DNA of 64,000 nucleotides from Paragordius varius. Lineage: Eukaryota; Animalia; Nematomorpha. The notes under the pieces were generated by a model. That model worked only from the letters and a program-made list of their open reading frames with translations. It ran no database searches and had not been told where the DNA came from. Shown here one piece after another: positions 41,401 to 51,601 of this stretch (its first letter is position 1; every line of letters begins with the position of its first letter). The stretch covers positions 7,006,001 through 7,070,000 of the forward strand of contig OZ176052.1 in NCBI GenBank assembly GCA_964247055.1, given 5' to 3'. A program made the translations under genes and the position numbers.

Positions 41401-42297
41401 ATTGGTCATTTAAATTGAATTATGTGTGCAATATTTTTACAATTGTTATTGTAAAGTTTTTTCAAAAATTATCCCTTCCCACTTAACATAACTCCGTCTC
41501 AGGGAATTTTTTAATATAGCATTTACACATAGCCCTTTGCTGATCAGTATATTTCGAATTAAATTAGGTCATAATTTTTCAATCAAATATTTTTTGGCCT
41601 TCATTATAAGCCGAAAAATAAAAAATAATCATGATAATTTGTCATTTTTTACAGATAGCTGTATCATGAATTAAATACATTAATTTTAAATAAAAAAGTA
41701 ATTTTTTCGATTTTAAAAAAAGTTTTATGAGGCAGATGATAGCTATAAGGGTAATTAAATTATATTAAATAAATGGAGCCATAAAGCTCAAGAATACCCA
41801 CTTTATTGAATAGTTACTTTACATTATTTTTTTAAATATATTTTATATCAAACTAATAAATTAAATTGTACATTTGAATCCTTAATTAAAACAAAAATTA
41901 TTGTTTCCGAAAGAAAAATCATTTAAAAATAGTAAACAAGTATAAACTTGCCTATATCAGATCCAAATTTAATGATCACATGAAAATTGGAATAGACACC
42001 CTTCAAGTCATCCAACATGAAGCCTATCCATGGTTTATACTGATTTTTAGTAATGGCACAGAGATCACTTTCGTCGAGAAGGTGAGAAGGATTATTCCAA
42101 TCGCGAGACATATTCATGTATATCACATTAATTTCCATGAATGCTAAAATAATATTATTTTTAATCTTTTTACTATGATCCGACATTTCATCCATATATA
42201 TTGTTTTTAAGGCTATCACCATAATATATAACATTAAGCCAAATTTTGCGCTGTCCAAATATTTTAAATAGCTAAAATATGATGAAGTTAGAACCAT
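29443..42297 (-). CDS. Uncharacterised large multi-exon secreted/membrane protein with fucolectin/F5-8 type C-like and Ig-like motifs; structure partial, 3' end unresolved
   Basis: Phase-compatible exons 42297-41952 (hydrophobic N-terminus; GC-AG donor GCAAGT at 41951), 41393-41100, and from 40629 (RPYVWMVHFG..AYDINNVILY). Further open segments: ~39650-39445 (CLGTSFIIISYPPFHLRLCEIEIV), ~36.9-36.7 kb, ~34.9-34.7 kb (AFGFCEIVL), ~34.38-34.04 kb, ~33.39-33.22 kb, 32.3-31.7 kb, ~30.24-30.05 kb, ~29.90-29.79 kb, ~29.71-29.5 kb (WIQNGTVL..NPYLRL). These could belong to more than one gene. Confidence 0.5.
31030..31330 (+). mobile_element. Decayed RTE-like LINE fragment
   Basis: IEALDMWCWGRMSNI (cf. 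xEAFEMWCxRRML) ... LTYTGHLLR ... GKVKGNR. Confidence 0.7.
35292..35510. mobile_element. MITE family C, copy 2
   Basis: TIRs ATTATACGGACAAAA / TTTTGTCCGTATAAT. Confidence 0.7.
35571..36220. mobile_element. hAT MITE with TAGGGTTG termini, copy 2 (inverted relative to copy 1)
   Basis: Collinear reverse-complement similarity to 28224-28834; TSD ATGACGAC / ATGGCGAC (7/8). Confidence 0.8.
37521..38457. repeat. Foldback-like long inverted repeat
   Basis: Arms ~37521-37891 and ~38077-38457 are highly similar reverse complements; ~185-bp spacer. Confidence 0.9.
38957..39185. mobile_element. Tc1/mariner-type MITE (TA TSD), family B
   Basis: TIRs CAGTCATGTATCCTTTATTTTAT extending to ~100-bp imperfect arms; TA flanks. 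Confidence 0.85.
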
Positions 42298-42480
42298 GTT
42301 AATTCTAAAAATAATTATTGAATTTGTAATTTATATAAATATAAATATATAAATCTAATTCTATAAAACACGTAAATCGAGTCTTGAGTGATTAAAAACA
42401 TAGATATTTTTTGCTAAATCTGAAGATATGTCACTACCATCATACACTTTATGAGCTATTGGAATGCTAACATGATATTA

Positions 42481-42641
42481 CAGTATGCTTATTAATGGTT
42501 GCCTATTTCACACTATAGTTGGGCAATTTGCAACACAGTAGTGTATGTAAAAAACCAACATAATACAATTTTCCCATAGACTACTGTGTTGCGAATTGTC
42601 CAACTAAAGTGTGAAATAAGCAACCATTAAAATGCATACTG
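42481..42641. mobile_element. Tc1/mariner-type MITE (TA TSD), family A copy 2
   Basis: Same TIRs as 16029-16191, ~65-bp arms, TA on both sides. Confidence 0.85.
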
Positions 42642-44379
42642 TAACTTTATTTTCTAACTTTCTCCCCTCTTAAGTTTGAAGCTCATCAATTTTATTTAGT
42701 TCTTTAATTTTTAAATACAACAACAATCCATGCCATTTATTTATTTTATGTTTAGATTTTTCGGTAACCCTTTCCAATATATCACCGTTTTTCACATGTT
42801 ATTGAAAGGGAGCAACCATGGCTTGCAATAGGCTTAATTTCGTGCTATATCTACATAACACTTGGGCACTTTATAATATGTTAGGAATTCTGAAAATGAT
42901 GTAAATTTAACAATATTACACTTTTCCTTGCCAATTACACTGTTTTTTAAATATTACTTTGTGAGAGGTATTTGGAATCAATTGGCTTATCAACGAATTA
43001 ATTTCTTTTATGTGATTCAAACTATCCACGTTTTTTATGGTTGCTAAAATGAATTTAATTGTCCGAATGGGGTTTATGTTGATTTTTTATTATTACAACT
43101 TAAATCTGTGGCTGCTTTGCTCATAGGTTTAAATCGTGGAAATGGTTAATATTACTTATTAAAAAATATCAATAATTTTTTTATTGATTAAACCTCTGAA
43201 TGAACATTTTTTCTTAAACTCTTCAATTAAACTAGCGTTTAAAGAAAAGATTAAACTTTTAGTTCTCTTTTTTTGAGAGGAACTGCCTATATAAATAATA
43301 ACCAACCTTAATTTAAATAAAATCCCTTATGTCCTTATGTATAAAACAAATGTATGTGCTTATGTATAAAACAAATATATGTGCAATGTGAAAAAATTAT
43401 GCAGCCAATTAAACTTTTGGGGAGTACCGTAAATTAAATGTTAAACTTAAAAAAACATCAAATAAAACTCAAGAAAATTACTTAAAAATGAAGGAAAAAA
43501 GGTCATATTACTTTCGATATATAATTTATTTTAGGTTTGTCCCATTTAATATTTAGATCATATCTATCATGCGTTCAATAATTTTAGGATTGATTGATTG
43601 ATTGATTAAGTTTAAAAATGGTCTCATTCACGATGATATATGCACCATATTTTCATGAATCTTCTTTAAAACATAAATAATATTAGACGAATATATTTAA
43701 GTTTGCCATTAGAATGGCCGTGTATTTTATACATGGCTATTATTCCAGCATTTTAATCATATAATACCTTGAACATTCGTTTAAGTTGATTTATAATCAT
43801 TCTAATTTGATAGAAAAGATAACACTAGTCGACGAATTTGGACTTTTTCGAGCACTAACTCAAATTTTTGATTTTGACTAATTTCAGTGTTCTAAAACCG
43901 AATATGAAAAATTTTTTGATCTCTTCAATCAGAATTGTAAGATACTACAGGTTTTTCAAAAACAAAAGAAAATGGGCAGAAAATCAATATAACTTTATAA
44001 TAAAGTTATTATATTATAAAATTAATATAATTTAATAAAGCATTTTAAACTCTATCTTTTGAATATAAATATGTCATTTAAATATCAGAAAGAAAAAAAT
44101 TGTATGGGTATAAATGTTAAAATTTAGTGTTTTTTTAAAGATAATTTACACGTATAAATTTATATTAAAAAATATTAAAAGAGGTATTTTATAGTTTAAA
44201 CCTTCGGCTTTCAGAAAGGCTATATTTGTTTTGTTAGTTTTAGTTATTTTTAGTACTTATTAGGGTTTTTCTCTTCGATTGATTCTCACAAAAATCATGT
44301 CATTTATGCCTAGTGGATATTATTTATTTTTTAAATGATTGGCTGCGTTATAATTTGAATGCAGATGGATGTTGGGCAG

Positions 44380-44760
44380 CCACTTTTATTACCTGGATGA
44401 TGGATATCCTACCATAATTTTATGAACTTCAGTAATATGAACATTGAACATATCTAATCTTCTTATCCGATTTTATTGTCAAATTTGTCTAACTCTATTC
44501 TGTGAATTGGTCAATTTGACATGTCAATTTCCCTGGATTTTGCTGAAGTTATCTACGTTATTTTATCTGCAGATCTCTCCAGCTCTACCACCTCATTGTT
44601 TACCCTTTGCCATATCTAACATGATTATAAGATTACTTGGCGTATTTTTGCAGAGCTTGTGCAAGCCGCCCGGATCTATAACACCATCCACACCATACAT
44701 TAGCCCTTTTAGATTTTTAATACTCTTAGCTCTTAGCAATTTATTTTAATTCTATATTCT
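44380..44760 (-). mobile_element. Highly decayed LINE fragment
   Basis: LMYG and WQRVNNEVV-like remnants with many stops. Confidence 0.4.
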
Positions 44761-45813
44761 TAAAGTTTCGTATTCTCTTTTATTTTATATATAGAATTTT
44801 TAATTTATATATTTAATAAATGATATTTATTGTATATTGTCTATTTTTTATGTCGAATAACAAGCCCACTCGATAAGACGTATTTCTCGTGCTAAAGAGA
44901 TAACAAACCTTCAGCAGCGATTTTAAACAGACAATTTCTATTTTAATATAAAGATCGACGGCATTATATAGTTTCATTAAATTGATCGTCAATAACATTT
45001 TCTGTAGAGTCTTCGTTAATAAAAAAATCTTCTGTGGTATCTTATACTGGGGCTGGTATTTTTGGATCATTTTTGCATTTTCGTTCTAAAATTATAATTA
45101 GAAACCTAGCTTTAGAATACCACTTGCATCGACTTGCTCGTTTAATTTAAATATATATACACGAGAAATAATTGTGTTTTAAAATTAAATACAAAATTTA
45201 AAATTAAATTTTAAAAAAATCCTATTGGCACCCTCAATTTTTTTGTTTTGGCCTTTCCATGCCATTAGGTAACAGAAAATGCAATAAAATAGGGTGGAGC
45301 AAAACCTTGTTGAGCTTATTAATCAAAATCTCCGGCATGCAGCTCAAATATCTTGGTCATTTAACTAAGTCACTGTCTCCGATAATATTAAAAATAATGC
45401 CTAGCAAACGTGTTGGAAGAAGGCTTTGATTATAGGTAGACACAATATAAAATAGCCAATTATAATATTATGTAACTAAAACTAATGATTAACCATCATT
45501 TTGAAGGAAAGGTATGGTGTCCTAAATTGGCACGCATCTTTCTCAGGTCGATTGTTGGTATCCATACTTAAAAATAATAACTCATATAACTTGGCATATT
45601 TTATCACTTTTTCAGTAATTAAATATTAAAGAATTCGTTTATTCCAATGCATAATGTTTTATTTTAGTAAATTAATATTATTACAATTATTTCAACAAAT
45701 TAAAAATCAATATAGAATGTCAGCGCCAAAATTGAGTAATCATAAAAATTTATTGAAGCAATTATGAGTTAATTTATTATATTTGTATAATTTATTCTGA
45801 TATTAATCATAAC

Positions 45814-47007
45814 ATGTTCTATTCGAGCCATCTCACTATCTCTAACACAACCGCTACCTATAATGTTCCATTCACTTTAAGTGATAAATATAAATATCTT
45901 GAAATAGTTTTATACATTATCCTGATACCATTGGGAGTGTTTGGTAACATTCTTATTTTGCTGAGTTTAAATTTTCCCCAGGTTGATATGTTAAACTTGA
46001 AGCAGAGCTATAAGAAGGTTAATTGCTTATTCATAAGTGTATTGTGTGCATCTAGTTTAATTTTGTGCATTGGGTTTGGTTCTGTCCCCTATATCATGCT
46101 AAAGAATCCAGCGTGTTCGCGCGATCTTCACCATGTATACATTTCAATATATCGGCGCAGAATTGAAAGAAGTCAATATATCTTCAACATGATATCCAAT
46201 TACACGCTACTCCTTATGAATATAGATCTGTTCATGGTATTAAATTATCCCATACGGCACTACAATTTTCATGGTAATGGCACAAAACGAATCAAAATAA
46301 TTTTGACAATTATCACAATCATATCTGTGTTATTGTATGTACCCTTACTCTTTGATAATCAATTGGAAAATGCAAAACCATTTTTTAATTCAACTGAATT
46401 AAAAAAATTGGAGAATAAATTTTGGGCCCCATACACACGATTGACCAAAACCTTCTTTTTGGGGTACAACCCGTTCGTTTTATCTATCATATTCATAATT
46501 CCCTACCTTTTTATTATATTGTTTAACACGTTAAGCCTTTATAAGCTCCTATTTAGAAGCACATCCATTGTAGCTCCATCAACATCATCCATGGACACAA
46601 AAAAGGTGACTACATCTTGTGGAAGTAATATTACAAAATCGAAATTGGACACCAAAACTACCAATACAAATGAACACAAAAATGAAGGTAAGGATTCCGA
46701 GAATGGAAATATAAAAAAGGGATTTAACTCAAAACTCAAGATAATTAGAATCAAAACTTTCCTAACAACCTTGACCGTATTAAATGTATGTACACTTGTA
46801 ATGACATTCCCATTTGTATATTACACAATTAAATACTATCAATACTGGATACCTGGGATCGGATGTAAAACGAAAAAGAAAAGAATCTCTCACATTTTTG
46901 TGACCTTTATATATATTATTATACCATACTTGATAATTTTATCGAACGCTAACACCCGTGCAAATTTGAAAAAAACATTTTTTAAGCTAGCAAATATTAA
47001 TAACTAA
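45814..47007 (+). CDS. Intronless class-A-like 7TM GPCR, copy 1 (397 aa)
   Basis: Seven hydrophobic segments; TM1 IPLGVFGN; TM3 end LMNIDLFMVLNYP; TM5 YNPFVLSIIFIIPY; TM6 TFPF; TM7 IPYLII. Confidence 0.88.
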   Translation: MFYSSHLTISNTTATYNVPFTLSDKYKYLEIVLYIILIPLGVFGNILILLSLNFPQVDMLNLKQSYKKVNCLFISVLCASSLILCIGFGSVPYIMLKNPACSRDLHHVYISIYRRRIERSQYIFNMISNYTLLLMNIDLFMVLNYPIRHYNFHGNGTKRIKIILTIITIISVLLYVPLLFDNQLENAKPFFNSTELKKLENKFWAPYTRLTKTFFLGYNPFVLSIIFIIPYLFIILFNTLSLYKLLFRSTSIVAPSTSSMDTKKVTTSCGSNITKSKLDTKTTNTNEHKNEGKDSENGNIKKGFNSKLKIIRIKTFLTTLTVLNVCTLVMTFPFVYYTIKYYQYWIPGIGCKTKKKRISHIFVTFIYIIIPYLIILSNANTRANLKKTFFKLANINN

Positions 47008-48929
47008 TGGTCTGCACATAATTATTCTGGGGCCCATTGTATAACAACTTTTAATATGTATACCATAACTATTTTTTATTTAACGGCAACATACCCAAAT
47101 TTTTTGATTCAAAGAATGATCGACCAATTTTTCAGTCAAACGCACTCCTTTAATAGCAAAAAAATAATGTGCGAATCAGACAATGTAAATGAAAATGTCG
47201 CGTTCACTTGAAAAATGTTATTGATTAAAAAAATGTTATAAACCCACAATATATTATAATTGACTAAAAAATTAATTTGTGTATCCTTTTCCATTTTTTA
47301 AACATACAATAACCTGAATGTGATATAAAAGACTTATTAGTAATACCAGTTGATCTCAGATTAATGTAATGACTTACAATCTTCTAAATAAATGTTATTA
47401 AAGTATTTAAATATTTCTTTATTTTTGTACATATTGTCTTGTGAGCATATCATTTAAAAATGTTTGTAACATTGGCGACAAAATATATATTGAAAAAATG
47501 TGATGGTTTTGAATTAACTTTCTGGAAGACGTATATATCAAAATTAAATATTCCTGTATTTTTGGGACATACGCTGAATGATTTAAAGCGACCACCATAT
47601 GGAGCTTGTTTTTAGCATATGACATTAAGATTATATCATTGCTTAAAGTATAAAATACACCTTGATACAAGGAAATATTCCGCTTTTAAAATTGAAAAGA
47701 TTCGCTAAAAATCAGCATAATATGGAACATGTACACAAAAATAGGGTATCTATCCATAGGAACGTTATTTTCTTTTTTCTTAAACATTTCATATTTAACC
47801 GACTCTAAATACGATCGAATTTATCCTTAACAATTTCGATAAACTAAAAAATGGCTAGTTAATAAAACTGTTTTTTTCTCATTCAAGTTGCTTTTTTTAA
47901 AAAAATATTTTAGGCCATCGATATTTATAACGTTACTTCAGACAAAATTGTTTTATATGTATAGTATAATACCATTTACAATTCAAATTTATGAACAATT
48001 CAAATTTACCCTATAAATTATGTATTTTTTAAAGTTACAAATTACCTATATTTTTTTATATTTTTAAAAAAGGTAATTTTGTATAAAATTAATATAATGC
48101 TGAAAAAATAATAAACTGTGCCATAAAAATATATTTCATATTAATGATGCGTTATATTAGCTTGAATACACATAATTTATTTCCAGGGTGAATTTGAATT
48201 GTAAATATTTATATATAGAAATATATTTTCTTAAGAAATCTTATCTGGGGGTCGGATTCGGAATCATTAGCTTGTTCCATAATACGGTCCCAAAAAATTA
48301 ATTATTTTATTTTTTTCTACTTTAGAAAAAATTTATTCAAACTTTTGGATACTAATATTTTTTTTAAAAGAGACTATATGTTTACATATATTTTCATTAT
48401 GAATTTAAATAATTAGTTTATAAAATAGTTCAAAATAATGACTTGAATTATTTTGTCCAAAACATTTTTCAAATAATCTCGAGAGACAAAAAACAATGAG
48501 GGAAAACGGATTATGATCTTAACCAATATTTGTAATTAAACCTAAGTTTATATCCCAGAAATATTGCATAGTACAATCCAGAAAATAGGGATAAATTTAA
48601 ATTACATATTAAATATATTGGGAATTTTAGGGCGAATCCAAAACTTGTAGGAGTAAAATTTTAAAAAAACCAACTTTTATAAAATCCAAACACTTCAATT
48701 TATGTTATAAAAATAGAAGATCTTATCACAAACATTAATTGCTTTGATGCATAAAACATTAGAAATAATTAGTATTAAGGGTGATAAGCGGGTTGCGTGA
48801 TAAAATTCTTGGAAAAGGAAATTTATGTTAATTAATTCTTAATTAAATCGTTTAGTAACATTTATTTGGAGTCCAACAAGTTTTATCATAAGAAAAAAAA
48901 ATATTTTTTATACCTATATTTACAGCGCG

Positions 48930-50234
48930 ATGAATATAAATTTGAATTTCACAAGATCAAACGCAAGCGTTTTAAATACGATTCTTAATCAAAACTTGAC
49001 ACAAATCGGATTTATGTCGTACTTTATTCTCATGATCGTTTTCATACCTATTGGTATTGGTGGTAACCTATTTCTCATAATAGCTTTTCATTGGAAACGA
49101 TGTAATTTACTCAACTTAAAAACGGCTTACCGAAAGGTAAATCGATATTACTTAACTTGGTTATGTGGTGTTAGTTTATTTCTATGCCTTATATTTGTGC
49201 TATGGCCCTTCTATTTCTTACAATCTGGGCAACAGTGTTTACGGTATCAAACTAATTTGTTTGGAGCTATATGGGTAGGCGTGTTGGAAAAAACAGTAGA
49301 ATACAGTTTTTTTGGGATCGCTAACTTCCTCCTCCTAATCATGAGTGCCGATATCTTCTTAGCCGTACGATTTCCTATACATTATAATAATAGGGCTGGA
49401 CAAGCTATGCTTATAGTGAAATGGATAATCTCGCTAATCGTTATATGTAATGTGTTATTAGCTCTGCCATTTACCATGTACAATCGCATAAAACCAGTAA
49501 GTATGCCACCTCAGTACAAATTTAATTATGAAAATGGTAGCGAAAATGATGGGGATATTGCTCGCTATAGAATTGTTTATAATTATAGGCTAAAATACTT
49601 TTTTGACATCTATAATCCCATTGCTATTTCTATAATTTTCTTGATCCCCTACATTTTCATCATTATCCTTAATATATGGACATGGGTCACGCTCAAAAAG
49701 GCCCGTGAGAGGTTTATCGCCATAAAGTTGGAACAAACCATGAATTCATTGCGCGCATCACAAATATCCAAAAAGAATATACACTTAACATTAAACCCGT
49801 ACACAAATATTAGTAGCATAAATAAATTTTATCAAATTCGTTTAAATGGAAAAAATAGAGAAACAAATCAAAGAGAAGTTTCTCATTCCTCTTACACGTT
49901 TCAAGACATGACAACGGGCACCAAAATCTGGCAACAAAAATCAGGGGTTTCAACGAAAAAATTGCGATCAGATCGTATAAGGAATTTCGCAATTACACTT
50001 GGTACATTGAGTATACTAACATTCAGCTTCTCTATACCATGGGTAATTTTTGCAATAGCTAAAAATGATTATTGGGTCTCTGGGTTCGGATGCAAATCTA
50101 ACTTTGAAATGGCATCCTATTTTTTTATGATTTTTAAATTTTTTATCTTCCCCTATCTCATCATGATTGGCTATGAATCGCAAAAAAATTTGCTTTTTTT
50201 GTCCGTGTCAAAATCGCAGAGTGGCAAATGCTAA
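48930..50234 (+). CDS. Intronless class-A-like 7TM GPCR, copy 2 (434 aa)
   Basis: N-terminal N-glycosylation sequons; IPIGIGGN; IMSADIFLAVRFP; YNPIAISIIFLIPY; SIPW; FPYLIM. Paralogous to copies 1 and 3. Confidence 0.9.
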   Translation: MNINLNFTRSNASVLNTILNQNLTQIGFMSYFILMIVFIPIGIGGNLFLIIAFHWKRCNLLNLKTAYRKVNRYYLTWLCGVSLFLCLIFVLWPFYFLQSGQQCLRYQTNLFGAIWVGVLEKTVEYSFFGIANFLLLIMSADIFLAVRFPIHYNNRAGQAMLIVKWIISLIVICNVLLALPFTMYNRIKPVSMPPQYKFNYENGSENDGDIARYRIVYNYRLKYFFDIYNPIAISIIFLIPYIFIIILNIWTWVTLKKARERFIAIKLEQTMNSLRASQISKKNIHLTLNPYTNISSINKFYQIRLNGKNRETNQREVSHSSYTFQDMTTGTKIWQQKSGVSTKKLRSDRIRNFAITLGTLSILTFSFSIPWVIFAIAKNDYWVSGFGCKSNFEMASYFFMIFKFFIFPYLIMIGYESQKNLLFLSVSKSQSGKC

Positions 50235-50344
50235 TTAATTTTCGATATTGTACAATCATATTATATATTTATTGTGCAAGCTCATGACATGACATAATAA
50301 CAAAACAATTATTTTGTTTGTTGGCCGACGGCTAAAACGATGGA

Positions 50345-51391
50345 ATGGATCAGAACCTTAATATAAGAAACGTATTACTGATTATCATTACACCGCTTGG
50401 GATGGCTGGAAACATTTACCTTTTAACGAGTCTTTTATGGCAAAAATTGGATTACTTTAATGTATGGTACCGATTCCGTAACCACTATAGAAAATATTTG
50501 TGTATACTTGCTATTGTTAGCCTATTTGCCGTATCTACAAACTATCTCTACTCCTTACCAATCAGATATGCAAAATGTACCACTATAAATAGTAAAACTA
50601 TTTATGCCTCTGTCTGGAGAACTAAAATGATCAAAGTTATAGCGCATCCCATTCATGCCATACTGAATTACATCTTGTTAATAATGAGTATTGATATTTG
50701 TATAGCATTGAAACGACCATACTATTACAACTCTAAGGTAATTAAAAAACCATGGAACATAATGATAAAAAGCATAGTTATAATTTCCTTCGTTGCAACT
50801 GTCCTATCAGCCCCATATTGGTTTTACAATCGAATAAGGGTTAGAAATAGCGTTATGACTCGTACCATAATCGCTAAACTGGAGAAACGATTTCTTTACA
50901 AATATACGGAATTATGGGACAACTTTTTTAGGGTTTATGATCCGCTCATCCTTACATTATATTTTTGGCTACCATTCGTGGCTTCAGCAATCGTTTCCGC
51001 TCTTGTATGGATGTTTGGTTGGCAACGTAGGAATTCATGGATAAAAACTATAACACCGTCAACACCTAATCTAAGATTATGTGGAGATGTGACAAACTCT
51101 CTAACAAATGTATCCCTGAAAAGTTATGTTAATCGAAGTCTCAAAAAGTTATTTAGCTCACTCCTAATTATTTCTATATCAACGTATGCCCTATCACTCC
51201 CATGGGTAATCTACATAATGTTAAAAGATACGTATTGGACACCGGGACAGTTGTGTCGGACCCATATTGAAATGGGTTTACACTTTTTACTATTAAGCAA
51301 ATATTATCTTTTCCCATATATAATTATGATTATATCAAGTAAATCGAAATGGATTAAGTATATTCCTGATTGCAAAAGTTGCACAAAATAA
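50345..51391 (+). CDS. Intronless class-A-like 7TM GPCR, copy 3 (348 aa)
   Basis: TPLGMAGN; IMSIDICIALKRP; YDPLILTLYFWLPF; SLPW; FPYIIM. Confidence 0.88.
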   Translation: MDQNLNIRNVLLIIITPLGMAGNIYLLTSLLWQKLDYFNVWYRFRNHYRKYLCILAIVSLFAVSTNYLYSLPIRYAKCTTINSKTIYASVWRTKMIKVIAHPIHAILNYILLIMSIDICIALKRPYYYNSKVIKKPWNIMIKSIVIISFVATVLSAPYWFYNRIRVRNSVMTRTIIAKLEKRFLYKYTELWDNFFRVYDPLILTLYFWLPFVASAIVSALVWMFGWQRRNSWIKTITPSTPNLRLCGDVTNSLTNVSLKSYVNRSLKKLFSSLLIISISTYALSLPWVIYIMLKDTYWTPGQLCRTHIEMGLHFLLLSKYYLFPYIIMIISSKSKWIKYIPDCKSCTK

Positions 51392-51601
51392 GAATACCTA
51401 TGTGATTGTTATTAAGTGGTATTTGGCTCAAAAAATAAATGCCATTTTCGATAAATTTACATATAACTTCTAACATCCAATAAATTTACTCAAAAAATCT
51501 AATATTTTAACATGTTGACAAAATTATCAGACTAGAGAATATATAAACGTATTCTTTGTATCAAATATTATATAAATAGGTATATACATAATAATATCAC
51601 A

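Noticed and set aside
45814-51391. GPCR cluster nested in an intron of one giant minus-strand gene
   Set aside because: NAA35 appears to end at 51602, and the downstream minus-strand gene has its own hydrophobic N-terminus at 42297.
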